A stretch of DNA of 64,000 nucleotides from a bacterium. GTDB lineage: Bacteria; UBA8248. Shown piece by piece: positions 20,823 to 33,357 of this stretch (the first letter of the stretch is position 1; each line of letters begins with the position of its first letter). The stretch spans positions 992,001 to 1,056,000 of the forward strand of contig OZ242260.1 of assembly GCA_965207065.1 (NCBI GenBank). The letters run 5' to 3'. Both the position numbers and the translations under genes were made by a program. The notes beneath the pieces are model-generated. The model was not told where the DNA came from. It saw only the letters and a program-made list of their open reading frames with translations, and made no database searches.

Positions 20823-22082
20823 CTAGACGTTTTTCTCCACGCGAACGGTTCCTATCTGCCGTTCGTTCGCTGATTGCACGGTGAGGGTCCAATCCTCCAA
20901 AGATATGTGATCCCCTTCTTTCGGGATCCGCTCGAACCGCTCCAGGAGATAGCCGGACAACGTTTCGTAGTCCCCATCGGGCACGGGCAACTTGAGCTGC
21001 TCGCGCACGTCCTCGACCTCCATGCGCGCATCGACCAAAAATTGATCCTCACCCAAGTTGTGGAACAGGCGGACCTCGTCGACGTCATATTCATCGGCGA
21101 TGTCGCCCACGATCTCCTCTACCAAATCCTCCATGGTCACAATGCCGGTACAGGCCCCGTATTCATCCACCACAACGGCCATTTTGTCCTTTCTGCTCAT
21201 CAACTCATCAAGCAGGCTATCGGCCGGCTTCGTCTCCGGCACAATATATACTCTTCGGATGAGACCATCCTTATCCTTCAGGCGTCCCGCAGCATCCGCC
21301 CCAAGTCCGAGAATGTCCTTCGCGTGAACGACGCCGACAATATGGTGCAGGTTTTCCCTATAGATCAGGATCCTTGAGTGGCCGTCGTTCTCGATAGTTG
21401 AGATTACCTCCTCCACCGTGCTCTCCTCGTCCACCGCCGAGAGATCCACGATGGGCACCAACACGTTTTCCATGTCCAAATCGCCGAACGTGAAGATGCG
21501 ACCGATCATCTGGCGCTCCAGAACCTGCACGTCCCCATCGCTTTGCTCTTCCATGAGGGATTCGAGTTCCTGCCGGGTGACGAACGGAGTGCTCTCTCCG
21601 TTTCGTTTCCCCAACCCCACAACGGTACCGATGAGCATGCTGATCAGCCACACCAGGGGATACACGATCAGTCTGGCGCCCCAAACGACGCGCGCCAGCA
21701 AAGGAGCGAGCACATCGGCGCGAGCCTGGCAATATCCCTTGGGAACCACCTCGCCGAACACAACGAGCAGCGGAATCACCAGGGCGATCGAGAGCGCCTC
21801 GCCGTATGCAGGACCCACAAAATTGATGGCCGTGATGGTGGCGAGAGAAACATTCGTCACGAAACTTGCGTTATGACAGGTGAGAATCGTGCCCATGAGC
21901 CATTCGGGCTTTTCCAAAAGCTCCAGGGCGAGTGAAGCGCCCCGGTTCCCCTCCTCCGCCTTGGCCCTCAAGCGGGCGCGGTCCGCGGAAACGATTGCGA
22001 TCTCCGCACCCGAGAACAAAGCTTCCGCCAGGAGAAGAATCACTCCGATGATTATGACGGTGGACAGGTCCAATTCAGGCAT
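20823..22082 (-). CDS. CNNM/DUF21-CBS-CorC membrane protein
   Basis: FSGAEIA, FGEVVPK, VVDEYG, EDLVEEIVGDIADEYD. Confidence 0.92.
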   Translation of the reverse strand: MPELDLSTVIIIGVILLLAEALFSGAEIAIVSADRARLRAKAEEGNRGASLALELLEKPEWLMGTILTCHNASFVTNVSLATITAINFVGPAYGEALSIALVIPLLVVFGEVVPKGYCQARADVLAPLLARVVWGARLIVYPLVWLISMLIGTVVGLGKRNGESTPFVTRQELESLMEEQSDGDVQVLERQMIGRIFTFGDLDMENVLVPIVDLSAVDEESTVEEVISTIENDGHSRILIYRENLHHIVGVVHAKDILGLGADAAGRLKDKDGLIRRVYIVPETKPADSLLDELMSRKDKMAVVVDEYGACTGIVTMEDLVEEIVGDIADEYDVDEVRLFHNLGEDQFLVDARMEVEDVREQLKLPVPDGDYETLSGYLLERFERIPKEGDHISLEDWTLTVQSANERQIGTVRVEKNV

Positions 22083-23346
22083 CCTCCCGTCTTCGCACTC
22101 GCACTTGAAGGACGCGAGAACCACTCGTCTCGGTCACCGTGAATTCCACGTTCCCCAGGCGAACCCGTTCATTCAGCGAGGGCACATGGCCCAGCAACGT
22201 GAAGACGGCACCGCCCAGCGTGTTCGCCTCCTCGTAGTCGGGAAGCTCCCAGCCGCTCACCGCCGAGAATTCAGCCAAGGGAACGCGGCCCTGGCACAGG
22301 TATGAATCCTCCCCTTCCTGTGTAATCCAGGTTTCCTCAACCTCTTCGTGTTCGTCTTTGATTTCGCCGAAAATCTGCTCAAGCAGATCCGTCATCGACA
22401 CCAGTCCGAGAGTGCCGCCGAATTCATCCTGAACGATGGCGACGTGGGTACGCTCATGTCGAAACCGCCGGAACAAGCGGTCGAGCTTCATGCCGCCCGG
22501 GACTACGAGGGGGGGGCGCAGCATCTTTTCCGTCAAACGTTCCTCGGGGCCGAAGTTCTTTCGCCCCGCCTGGCGCAGAAAGTCCTTGATATACAAGATG
22601 CCCACTATCTGATCCCTGTCTCGCTGAAAAATAGGGATCCGTGAATGCGTCGTTGTACGGATGCGAGCGATCATTTCGGCGACGGGCAATCCCATCTCCC
22701 AACACTCCAGATCCGTGCGGGGCACCGCCACCTCGGCCACGGTTCTGTCGTGAAAGCCGAAAACATTGTGAATGAGTTCGCGCTCGCCCTCCTGGAGTTC
22801 GCCTTCGGCATGGCCTGCGTCCACGAGATGCAGGAATTCGTCTTCCATGAGAATGCTCTGCGGATCGCGAGAGGGCGCTCCCATCAACGAGAGTACGCCG
22901 TTCGCCACCTGTAAAAAGACCCACCGCAAAGGAGAGACAATGCGTGCGAATCCGGATATGGGATATGCCAGGAGTCGAGAAAACCGCTCCGGATACCGGG
23001 CCGCCAGGGATTTGGGCGTGATCTCGCCGAAGACCATGAGCAGAGGCGTCATGAATACGGGTGCGAGCCACCTCTTTTCTGGCTCCAGGTAAGCCACCAC
23101 AACGCCTGTGAACAGTGCCGAGGAGGCGATGTTCACGATTTCGTTGCCCATCAATATGGAGGTGATCAACCGACGGGGTCTGTCCAGAAGGTCGGATATC
23201 CTCTCTCCCATGCCGCCTTCCCGGCGCATGGCGCGCACCCTGGGACGCGGGAGAGAGAAAAGCGCCGTCTCACTGGCCGAGAATCCGGCGGAGCAAAGCA
23301 TGAGGAAAACGAAGGCGACAAACCGGAAGAGCAGGTCGGCATCCAT
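22075..23346 (-). CDS. CNNM/DUF21-CBS-CorC membrane protein (paralog)
   Basis: FSASETALFSL, FGEITPKS, HSRIP, VQDEFGG. Confidence 0.92.
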   Translation of the reverse strand: MDADLLFRFVAFVFLMLCSAGFSASETALFSLPRPRVRAMRREGGMGERISDLLDRPRRLITSILMGNEIVNIASSALFTGVVVAYLEPEKRWLAPVFMTPLLMVFGEITPKSLAARYPERFSRLLAYPISGFARIVSPLRWVFLQVANGVLSLMGAPSRDPQSILMEDEFLHLVDAGHAEGELQEGERELIHNVFGFHDRTVAEVAVPRTDLECWEMGLPVAEMIARIRTTTHSRIPIFQRDRDQIVGILYIKDFLRQAGRKNFGPEERLTEKMLRPPLVVPGGMKLDRLFRRFRHERTHVAIVQDEFGGTLGLVSMTDLLEQIFGEIKDEHEEVEETWITQEGEDSYLCQGRVPLAEFSAVSGWELPDYEEANTLGGAVFTLLGHVPSLNERVRLGNVEFTVTETSGSRVLQVRVRRREDA

Positions 23347-23422
23347 CAGTCTATGCCCCCCGGCTGAAGTTGGTGAAATTGTATCCGCCCAGGAGGTTCG
23401 GGGTCGGGCGCAGGTTCTTCCG

Positions 23423-24304
23423 CTACCATGAGGCCGTCAATCTCCTTAAATAATCCTGAAATGCGGGGCCGATATCCTCGCGGTCCAATGCGAACTCGAC
23501 CGTCGCCTCCAAAAAACCAAGTTTATCACCTGCGTCAAATCGCTTTCCCTCATACTCATAGGCGTAAAGCCGGGTATGATCCAGAAGAACCCGCAACCCG
23601 TCGGTGAGTTGAATCTCTCCTTTCGCATCCGGTCTCACGCTTTCGAGGGCCGAGAAAATCTCGGGCGGCAAAACGTAGCGGCCGATAATGGCGATATCCG
23701 AGGGCGCATCTTCCGGTTTTGGTTTTTCCACCATCCCTTTTAGCGGCGTGAGGCCCGGGACGGGCGAGGGCTCGCCGGAAGGCTCGATGACGCCGTATTT
23801 TGAGAGTGCGTGTTTTTCTACCCGCAAGCCCGCGATCACGCCGCCGCCATGCGCCTCGAACACGCGAACCAACTGACCGATGGCCGGCACTTCACTCCTG
23901 ATGACGTCATCGGACAATATGACGGCGAAAGGCTCATCCCCCACGGCCGGCTTCGCGCACAAGATCGCATGGCCCAGACCCAGAGGACGCTTTTGGCGGA
24001 TGGACGTAATGCGCGCTTTTCGCGATATTTCCTCCACCACGGCCAACAGTCTCTCCTCACCCCTGTCGCGCAAATAAGACTCCACCTCGAACGCGACATC
24101 GAAGTGGTCCACCATCGAAACCTTTCCGCGTCCGGTGATGAAGACGATCTCCTCGATACCGGCGTCCAGAGCTTCCTGCACGCCGATCTGGATTTGCGGA
24201 ATGTCTACGATGGGAAGCATCTCTTTCGGGATCACCTTGGTGGCGGGTAAAAACCGCGTGCCGAACCCCGCCACAGGGAAAACTGCCTTGCGAACCCGGC
24301 TCAT
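23423..24304 (-). CDS. galU: UTP-glucose-1-phosphate uridylyltransferase
   Basis: KAVFPVAGFGTRFLPATK..PKEMLP, GLGHA, VEKP, GEIQLTD. Confidence 0.97.
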   Translation of the reverse strand: MSRVRKAVFPVAGFGTRFLPATKVIPKEMLPIVDIPQIQIGVQEALDAGIEEIVFITGRGKVSMVDHFDVAFEVESYLRDRGEERLLAVVEEISRKARITSIRQKRPLGLGHAILCAKPAVGDEPFAVILSDDVIRSEVPAIGQLVRVFEAHGGGVIAGLRVEKHALSKYGVIEPSGEPSPVPGLTPLKGMVEKPKPEDAPSDIAIIGRYVLPPEIFSALESVRPDAKGEIQLTDGLRVLLDHTRLYAYEYEGKRFDAGDKLGFLEATVEFALDREDIGPAFQDYLRRLTASW

Positions 24305-24392
24305 GAGAAGGTTCCCATGAAAAAAAAGATGTGTCGATGCGCGTGAATACGTGACATTTGCCTTAGATCATAGAAAAAGGAACAAACGAAGG

Positions 24393-26501
<2,109 letters not shown>

Positions 26502-26509
26502 CTAGGCAC

Positions 26510-27499
26510 CTAAAGCGAATCGAGGCGTTTTCGGGCGGTGGAAGCAGCGCTCGAATCCGGATATTTGGCAATCACCTGGCCAAGCAACTCCCGGGCGCTC
26601 GCGCGATCATCTATGTTCAAAAACGAGAGCGCCTCCAGAAGAAGCGCCTCCGGCGCCTTGTCCCCGTTGGCGTAATCAACCTGCACCTTGTTGAACGCCA
26701 GGATAGCGCGCTCAAAATTCTTCTCCTGATAATAGGACTGCCCTATCCAGTACTGCGCATCATCCGCCAATTCATGCGTGGGATATTCGGATATGAATCC
26801 ATTCAGCAGACCACGCGCCTTTGAGAAATTTCTCTCATCGCGCAAGACGCGAATGGCCCGGGTATAGTCCTCTTCGGGATCCGGAGGCATCGGCACAGGC
26901 GCAGTCTGCGGGGGTCGATTCACGGGCTCTTCGGGTATGACGGCGATGCGCTCGCCCTCGGCAGGCAGGCCCACGGCTTGAGCGTTCCGGTTTTGCGGAA
27001 AGCCTGCGGTTGCAATCCGCCCGTCGGCGGGTGGAACGCCTACAGGAGGCATCCGCGACGCCCCGCCCACCGGCGTTACGACAACCTCCACTTTTTTCTC
27101 CGCAACCACCAGGGCAGCCTTTGAGCGCAGCAGGCTCACCTCTTTTTCGAGTTTACCGATTCTCTCTTGCAGTTTCGCGATTGTTTTTCCGGCTTCATCG
27201 AGAGATTTTTCGGAATCCTTGCGCGCGCGCTCGACCTCGTCCGTGACCCCCTGAATGGCCTCGCGCGCTTCTTCGATACGCTGCTCCTGATTTCGCATCC
27301 CGCGTCTGAGGCCTTTGAGATTCTCCTCGATAGCCGCAACGTCGACCGATGGATTCTGAATCTGAGCCGGCGGCGCAGGGGGAGGCGACGATCCCGTCGG
27401 GCCCTCAATCGGAATATCCGCATCCGGGCAACCGAGCAGGACAAAAGACAGCGCCACCAACATGATAGGCTTAAGTCTGGATGCCTTGAAAGTTTTCAT
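26510..27499 (-). CDS. cpoB: Tol-Pal TPR protein CpoB/YbgF
   Basis: Signal with LLGC, coiled coil, ADDAQYWIG..Y and KAPEALL TPR motifs; directly after pal. Confidence 0.85.
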   Translation of the reverse strand: MKTFKASRLKPIMLVALSFVLLGCPDADIPIEGPTGSSPPPAPPAQIQNPSVDVAAIEENLKGLRRGMRNQEQRIEEAREAIQGVTDEVERARKDSEKSLDEAGKTIAKLQERIGKLEKEVSLLRSKAALVVAEKKVEVVVTPVGGASRMPPVGVPPADGRIATAGFPQNRNAQAVGLPAEGERIAVIPEEPVNRPPQTAPVPMPPDPEEDYTRAIRVLRDERNFSKARGLLNGFISEYPTHELADDAQYWIGQSYYQEKNFERAILAFNKVQVDYANGDKAPEALLLEALSFLNIDDRASARELLGQVIAKYPDSSAASTARKRLDSL

Positions 27500-27500
27500 G

Positions 27501-27537
27501 AAGAAAAACTCCCCGGCGGCATTCGCCGACGGGGAGT
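27501..27537 (-). terminator. Intrinsic terminator after pal
   Basis: Minus strand reads ACTCCCCGTCGGCGAATGCCGCCGGGGAGT then TTTTCTT. Confidence 0.7.
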
Positions 27538-27567
27538 CCTTTTCCGATGCGCAGGACAGCCTGGCGA

Positions 27568-28158
27568 CTAATTCATTTCCGCCGGAATGCCGCCGATGAT
27601 GTTGAACTTCGCTCGCCGGTTTTTGGCCCATCCCGCTTCGTTGGAGCTCGAATCGGCCGGACGCTCCTCGCCATAGCTCACCGTATCGACCCGGGATGCC
27701 TTGACGCCAAGCGAGGCGAGATAATCCTTGGAGCTCTGCGAGCGCCTGTGCCCGAGCGCGATGTTGTATTCCACCGTGCCGCGCTCGTCGCAATGTCCTT
27801 CAATCTGCACCCGAAGGCTGGGATACTCTTGCAGGAAGCGGGCCTTGGTATCCAGGATCGCGCGCATATCGGAGCGGATTTCCGATTTATCGAAATCGAA
27901 GTACACCAGATCGTTTTCAAACTTGGCCAACGAAAGCTTGAAAGCGGCGCGCTTGCGACGACGCTCCGCCTCCGTCACGTCCATTTCTTTTTTCATCACG
28001 GGTTTAGGGGCCGGCTTTTTTCTCACCATGGGAGCCGGTGGTTTGGGCGGCGGCAGTTCTTCGGTTTCCACCGTTTGTTTCACGCAACCTACGGCGAACA
28101 CGAGCATCACGCCCATCAAAAAGGATTGAAAAGATTGAATACGGCCCGATAACAACAT
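27568..28158 (-). CDS. pal: Peptidoglycan-associated lipoprotein
   Basis: Lipobox AVGC, VYFDFDKS, IEGHCDERGT.EYN.ALG, SYGEE, KNRR. Confidence 0.96.
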   Translation of the reverse strand: MLLSGRIQSFQSFLMGVMLVFAVGCVKQTVETEELPPPKPPAPMVRKKPAPKPVMKKEMDVTEAERRRKRAAFKLSLAKFENDLVYFDFDKSEIRSDMRAILDTKARFLQEYPSLRVQIEGHCDERGTVEYNIALGHRRSQSSKDYLASLGVKASRVDTVSYGEERPADSSSNEAGWAKNRRAKFNIIGGIPAEMN

Positions 28159-28347
28159 GCAGACATCCCCCTCGGAGTCTCTGGTTCGTATATGTTCAGA
28201 GCGAGAAGCGCGTAATACTACGGAGCGGAGTCTCTTCTCCCTCTTCATTCATTCACAGACATTCGCAAGCGAAGTATAAAGGGCGGATGCGCGATGAGCA
28301 AGTACATTTCTCTCTTTTTCGAGAGATATTTCCCGTTTTTCAGTATT

Positions 28348-29664
28348 TTACCTCGACATGGGTGACCATGCGGGTTCCTGTCCGGGCTGAAGCCGCTTGA
28401 GCTGCGTACCGGCTGATGTCATGACGTAGACGTACTTCCTGCCGCTCCTATCGGAGGAGAAGGCGATGTGCCGGCCGTCCGGGGACCAGGTGGGCGACTC
28501 GTTTCGCCCCTGGCTGCCCGTCAGGCGGCGCACATCTCTGCCGTCGGGGGTCATGGTGACGATGTCGATTTCCTTGCCCCGTTTGATTCGGCTCGTCAGG
28601 GCGATTCTGTCCCCCCGGGGACTCCACTCGGGTTCGGTATTGTATTTTCTCGTGTATTTTCCTTTGTACGTGATGCGCCTCGGGTTGGAGCCGTCCACGT
28701 TCATGACGTAGATGTGGGGATTTCCCGAACGGCTCGACGTGAAGGCGATTTTCTTGCCGTCCGGCGAGAACGTGGGAGATACGTCGATGCCGTAGTTCCG
28801 CGTGAGCCTCCTTTTTACGCGAGTGCGCAGGTCGTAGCGGAAAATCTCGTAGTTTCGCCCCACGAACTCGGCGAAAGCGAAGTAGCGCGAATCCGGAGAA
28901 AAAGCGCCTCCGACGGCCTGCGCGCGAGAAGAACTTACCTTGAACTCGCGCGCGCCGTTCGTGGGCAGCAAAAATACGCCGGGTGGTTTGGACTTGAACG
29001 AAGAATACGCCATCCATCTCCCGTCCGGCGACCACGCGGGCGCGTTGTTTCCCATGCCGTTGCGCGTCACGCGCCTGAGCTGGGCGCCATCCCAGTCCAT
29101 GATGTAGATCTTACCGCGATCCTTGAGCGAACGCCTCGAGACGAACGCGATCTGGGTGTCGAACACCCCCTTCTCGCCCGTGAAGCGTTCGATCACCGCG
29201 TTGGCGAACCGGTGGGCCATCAATCGCCAGCCGCTCTTGGAATACCGATACCGCTTGCCGAGCTCCTGGGCGGAGCGGTGGGTATCGTAGAGGTAGACTT
29301 CCGCCGTGATGGTATTTCCCGAAATGGTGTAGCCGCCCTTGATGAGGGCCTCCACCTTCACAACTTTGCTCCAGTCGGAGAAGCGCTGCTCGTCCTTTCG
29401 AATCCCGGCGCGCAGGGGATTCTCGAGATAGCCCTTGCGGTCGGGGATGAAGAACAAGCCGCTGCGCCTGAGGTCTGATTCAATGACTTTCGCGATCTTC
29501 AGGCCCAGCGGGTCGCGCTCCGTATCAAGTGGGCGGAACTCAGGGACAGCCAATCGTATCTTTCTGGCCGCCGGGGAGTAGATGTCGATGAACACACGCG
29601 CGGCGTCCGAAGCTTGCGGCCATGTGAACAATATGATGAAGAGCAAAATCGCCCGACGAAGCAT
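28348..29664 (-). CDS. tolB: TolB beta-propeller protein
   Basis: DLRRSG, AHRFAN, repeated P.WSPDG blades. Confidence 0.94.
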   Translation of the reverse strand: MLRRAILLFIILFTWPQASDAARVFIDIYSPAARKIRLAVPEFRPLDTERDPLGLKIAKVIESDLRRSGLFFIPDRKGYLENPLRAGIRKDEQRFSDWSKVVKVEALIKGGYTISGNTITAEVYLYDTHRSAQELGKRYRYSKSGWRLMAHRFANAVIERFTGEKGVFDTQIAFVSRRSLKDRGKIYIMDWDGAQLRRVTRNGMGNNAPAWSPDGRWMAYSSFKSKPPGVFLLPTNGAREFKVSSSRAQAVGGAFSPDSRYFAFAEFVGRNYEIFRYDLRTRVKRRLTRNYGIDVSPTFSPDGKKIAFTSSRSGNPHIYVMNVDGSNPRRITYKGKYTRKYNTEPEWSPRGDRIALTSRIKRGKEIDIVTMTPDGRDVRRLTGSQGRNESPTWSPDGRHIAFSSDRSGRKYVYVMTSAGTQLKRLQPGQEPAWSPMSR

Positions 29665-29708
29665 CCGTCCCTCCCGCAGGTGTGTTCTGGATTGAATTTT
29701 TTCTTGCA

Positions 29709-30770
29709 TCAACGGCAAAAATCCTTTCCGCAGAATCGAAAGCCGAGTAAAAGCCAGTTTTCCTTAATCGTGTCGGGCGGCTTGGGCAGGGAGGGCTTGG
29801 CGGCCCGCTCCACGGCGCGCAACGCCGCCTGGTCGTAAACATGGCTCCCGCTGTAGCGCACGATCCGCAAATTACGGTAATTCCCTTGCCGGTCCACGTC
29901 TATCGTGACGTCGGTCTTGAGTTTGCCCAGGTCCGTGATATTTGGCGGCACTATCCAGAGGCCCCGAATGCGTTCCGCCAGAAGTCCATAATACCGCTCC
30001 GTATCCGTTCGAGCGACGCCGCCGCTGCCTCCCGCGCGACTGCCGCCGCCCTGGCCGTCGCCTCCCCCTTCTCCGGCGTATCCCTTCGAAGGCGCCCGTC
30101 TCCTGGGAGCTACGTCCGCTTTCGCCAGACGATCATCGCTCTTCCAGTCATCGCGGGGGCGTTTTTTCGTTTTAACCGGCGTGTTTTTTTCGTTTTTCTT
30201 GAATCGATTGCGCCAGCGCCTGGCCCGCGCACGGCGATCGCGTATTCTTTTGAGGCGCGCCTCGCGCACAGGGTCGCGCTTTTTCTTCTTCCGCGCAACC
30301 TTTTTGCTCTTCTTCTCCTTGCCTGTCTTGATGCGCCGAACTTCCTTGGGAGGTTTTTTCTTCCGGACGACCTTTTTCTTCTTCACCTTGGCGGGCGCGG
30401 GTTTTTTCTCGGGCGCCGCTACCTTTCTCGTTCCCTCGTCCGGCCCTTTTCGGGGGACGGGCGCTTCCATATCTTCCGGCCGATCGCCGGATTTGCCCCG
30501 CGCCGAACCGCCCGGAATTTCATCCGCTCCCACCAGGCTTACGGCCGTTCCACCTCCGAAATGCCGGTACTTCGGCTGAGAGGGCGCCAGGCTCACCCAG
30601 ACGAAGAGTGAGACGTGCAAAACAACGGAAGCCGCCAGCGCCCTGAGAAAGCGGCTATCGCGAAGCAGGCCGCCGTTTTTTCCGGCCGCGTTCCGAGGAT
30701 TTCCGCCCGCACGGACCGGGTTCGCTCCTGATGAATCGGGATCTTGCGAGAATTCGGGTTTGTTATTCAT
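29709..30770 (-). CDS. tolA: TolA/TonB-like energy transducer
   Basis: TM segment with SVVLH, Lys/Arg-rich linker, SG...YDQAALRAV C-terminal domain; position in operon. Confidence 0.85.
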   Translation of the reverse strand: MNNKPEFSQDPDSSGANPVRAGGNPRNAAGKNGGLLRDSRFLRALAASVVLHVSLFVWVSLAPSQPKYRHFGGGTAVSLVGADEIPGGSARGKSGDRPEDMEAPVPRKGPDEGTRKVAAPEKKPAPAKVKKKKVVRKKKPPKEVRRIKTGKEKKSKKVARKKKKRDPVREARLKRIRDRRARARRWRNRFKKNEKNTPVKTKKRPRDDWKSDDRLAKADVAPRRRAPSKGYAGEGGGDGQGGGSRAGGSGGVARTDTERYYGLLAERIRGLWIVPPNITDLGKLKTDVTIDVDRQGNYRNLRIVRYSGSHVYDQAALRAVERAAKPSLPKPPDTIKENWLLLGFRFCGKDFCR

Positions 30771-30785
30771 GAGACTACTGACTTC

Positions 30786-31226
30786 TCAGCGTCTGCGCCG
30801 CCCGCCCCGAGAGGATTCCAGGGGGTCGGTCACCATGTTGAGGCGGCTAATGCCCGCCGCGCGAATGATGGACATGACCTCTACCACTTCGCCGTAAGGA
30901 ACCGCGCGATCCGCCCTGAGAAAGATCTCCTTGCGCTTCCTGTCCTTGAAGAGCACCATGAGCTTCTCCTTGAGTTCGGAGGCGGCCAGTGGGTTATCAT
31001 TTATATACATGTCTCGTTTTTTGTCCAACGTGATGACGACGGCGTCCTCGGCCACGTTCGCCTTCGCCGCCTGCACCTGCGGCAAATCCACGCCCACGGC
31101 CTGGTTCTGCGTCTCAAGCAGGGGCGCCGTGACCATGAAGATCACCAGCAACACCAGCATTACGTCCACGAGCGGGGTAACGTTGATGTCCGAGATGCTC
31201 GAACCGCGGTTCAGCTTAACGGCCAA
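30786..31226 (-). CDS. tolR: TolR
   Basis: INVTPLVDVMLVLLVIFMVTAP, LRADRAVPYG. Confidence 0.95.
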   Translation of the reverse strand: MAVKLNRGSSISDINVTPLVDVMLVLLVIFMVTAPLLETQNQAVGVDLPQVQAAKANVAEDAVVITLDKKRDMYINDNPLAASELKEKLMVLFKDRKRKEIFLRADRAVPYGEVVEVMSIIRAAGISRLNMVTDPLESSRGGRRRR

Positions 31227-31241
31227 GGGTGCCTCCGCTCG

Positions 31242-31931
31242 TCACAAACGCATGAAATGGCGGTCGACCAGGTTGAGGAAGTCCGCCGTGAAGTTTTCGA
31301 TTTCATCCGCGATCACCTTCACGCGGCCCTGGTAGTGATTATAGGCGATCACGGCAGGGATGGCCGCCAGCAGCCCGAGCGCCGTGGCGATGAGCGCCTC
31401 ACTGATGCCCGGCGCGACGACGGCGAGCCCGGCGGAACCCCTCGCGCCGATCTCGCGGAACGAATTCATGATGCCCCACACCGTGCCGAACAGGCCGATG
31501 AAAGGCGTGGCGCTCGCCGTGGTGGCCAGAAAGGTCAGCATGCGCTCGAGCCTTCCCACCTGTTCGTTCGCTGCGCGCCTCAGCGCGCGCTCGACGCTCT
31601 CCACTCCCGTCATTTCCGAGGTGAGTACGCCCGAATCCGCCTCCCCGTCGCGGGCGCGCGTTTTCAGCAACTGCTCGGCTTCCTGATAACCCGCAGCGAA
31701 CACCTCGCCCACCGGGCTGCCCTCGTGCTCGGTGAGTTCCTCATACAGCCTGTCGAGTCGCTTGGATCGCCAGAACGCATCGACGAACATCGCCGAGCGA
31801 CGCCTCGCTCCCCGAAGCTCCCAGAACTTCCAGATGATGATGGCCCACGAAGAGAGCGAGAAGAAAACAAGCACCAGCAATACGAAAAACACCATGCCGC
31901 CCGATTGGGTGGCGAGGGTGATGACGTCCAT
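31242..31931 (-). CDS. tolQ: TolQ
   Basis: PFIGLFGTVWGIM, VAPGISEALIATA.GL..AIPA. Confidence 0.95.
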   Translation of the reverse strand: MDVITLATQSGGMVFFVLLVLVFFSLSSWAIIIWKFWELRGARRRSAMFVDAFWRSKRLDRLYEELTEHEGSPVGEVFAAGYQEAEQLLKTRARDGEADSGVLTSEMTGVESVERALRRAANEQVGRLERMLTFLATTASATPFIGLFGTVWGIMNSFREIGARGSAGLAVVAPGISEALIATALGLLAAIPAVIAYNHYQGRVKVIADEIENFTADFLNLVDRHFMRL

Positions 31932-32148
31932 TTCTTCTTGAAGCGGTGCGAGCGGCGCGGATTCGCCGGCAGGCAAGGCGGCCGCGGCCAAAATCGGGAA
32001 CAAGTCTGTTCTCCTTCCGGGCGGAGCGTGCAGTATCGCCCTTTCCCCGGTTTCCGTCAAACCAAAAGGGCCGAGGCAAATCGTTGACATCTCCTCGAAA
32101 GGGCGGTGATAATGAGCCTCCCGCCCGCCCCTGGAGGGGTAGCCCGCA

Positions 32149-33333
32149 GTGGATATTCACGAGGCGAAAACCGCCGTATCGAAGCTGATCGACGATCAGG
32201 CGGACGCGCTTTGGGCGCTTTCCCTCGCGATTCACGCCGACCCGGAGTTGAGTCTCGAAGAACACCGCGCCGCCAATCGCCTATGCGTCTATCTCGAGGA
32301 AAACGGATTTTCCCTCATCCGGGGCGTAGCGAACCTGCCCACCGCGTTTCGCGCAGACAGGCCCGCCGCAGACGAGGAAAAACCATCGGTATCGTTTCTT
32401 TCGGAATATGACGCGCTGCCCGGCCTCGGGCACGCCTGCGCCCACAACGTCATCGGGGTCGCCGGCGTTGCCGCCGGCGTTGCGCTCAAAGAAACGCTCG
32501 GACCCGAATTCGGAGGCGTCACCGTTTTCGGCACGCCCGGAGAAGAGGGTGGCGGCGGCAAGGTGCTGATGGCGCAAACCGGCATGTTCCGGGAAGTGGA
32601 CGCCGCCATGATGATGCACCCATCGGACGAGACCAGGGCAGATATCAATCTTCTCGCCCTTTCCGAGCTTCGCTTTCATTTCAAGGGACGCGCCTCTCAC
32701 GCCTCCGCAGCGCCCGAGCAAGGCGTCAACGCGCTCGACGCCCTCATCGCCACGTTTGGCGCCGTCTCCCTGCTTCGGCAGCAACTTTCCCGGAGCGATC
32801 GCGTACACGGAGTCATCACCGAAGGCGGAGAGGCGCCCAACATCATCCCCGATAAAGCCTCCGCATGGTTTTTCGTGAGAAGCGAAACGATGGAGGGGCT
32901 CGACGCGTTGGTCCCGCGGGTCATCGCCTGCGCGGAGGGCGCGGCCCTGGCCACGGGGGCGGAACTGGAAACTGAGAAAAACCCCATCACCTACGCCCCC
33001 ATGCGGGTCAACCCTCCTCTTGCGGCGTTGTTCCTGAAAAACCTGAACAGGCTCGGCGTTCACGAACCAGACGCCCCGCCGCCCCTGCGGATGGGATCCT
33101 CCGACGTGGGTAACGTGAGCCAGCAAACGCCCACCATTCATCCGCAAATCCAGATGGTTCCGCAGGGGGTCTCTGCGCATACGCCTGAGTTCGCCGAAGC
33201 ATCGGCGGGAGAAGAGGGCAGGCGCGTCCTGCTCACCGGCGCCAAGGCGCTGGCGATGACGGGCGTCGATTTTCTTCTCGATGAAGAAGCGCGCCGGAGC
33301 GTTCAATCTGAATTCGAGAGTCGGGAGGCATAA
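32149..33333 (+). CDS. M20 metallopeptidase/amidohydrolase (PM20D2/AbgB-like)
   Basis: EYDALPGLGHACAHN, GTPGEE, GSSDVGNVS. Confidence 0.9.
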   Translation: MDIHEAKTAVSKLIDDQADALWALSLAIHADPELSLEEHRAANRLCVYLEENGFSLIRGVANLPTAFRADRPAADEEKPSVSFLSEYDALPGLGHACAHNVIGVAGVAAGVALKETLGPEFGGVTVFGTPGEEGGGGKVLMAQTGMFREVDAAMMMHPSDETRADINLLALSELRFHFKGRASHASAAPEQGVNALDALIATFGAVSLLRQQLSRSDRVHGVITEGGEAPNIIPDKASAWFFVRSETMEGLDALVPRVIACAEGAALATGAELETEKNPITYAPMRVNPPLAALFLKNLNRLGVHEPDAPPPLRMGSSDVGNVSQQTPTIHPQIQMVPQGVSAHTPEFAEASAGEEGRRVLLTGAKALAMTGVDFLLDEEARRSVQSEFESREA

Positions 33334-33357
33334 AAAATCAAAAAACGGAAAACCGAC

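Noticed and set aside
30744-32087. 447-aa plus-strand ORF
   Set aside because: Antisense to the well-supported tolQ and tolR
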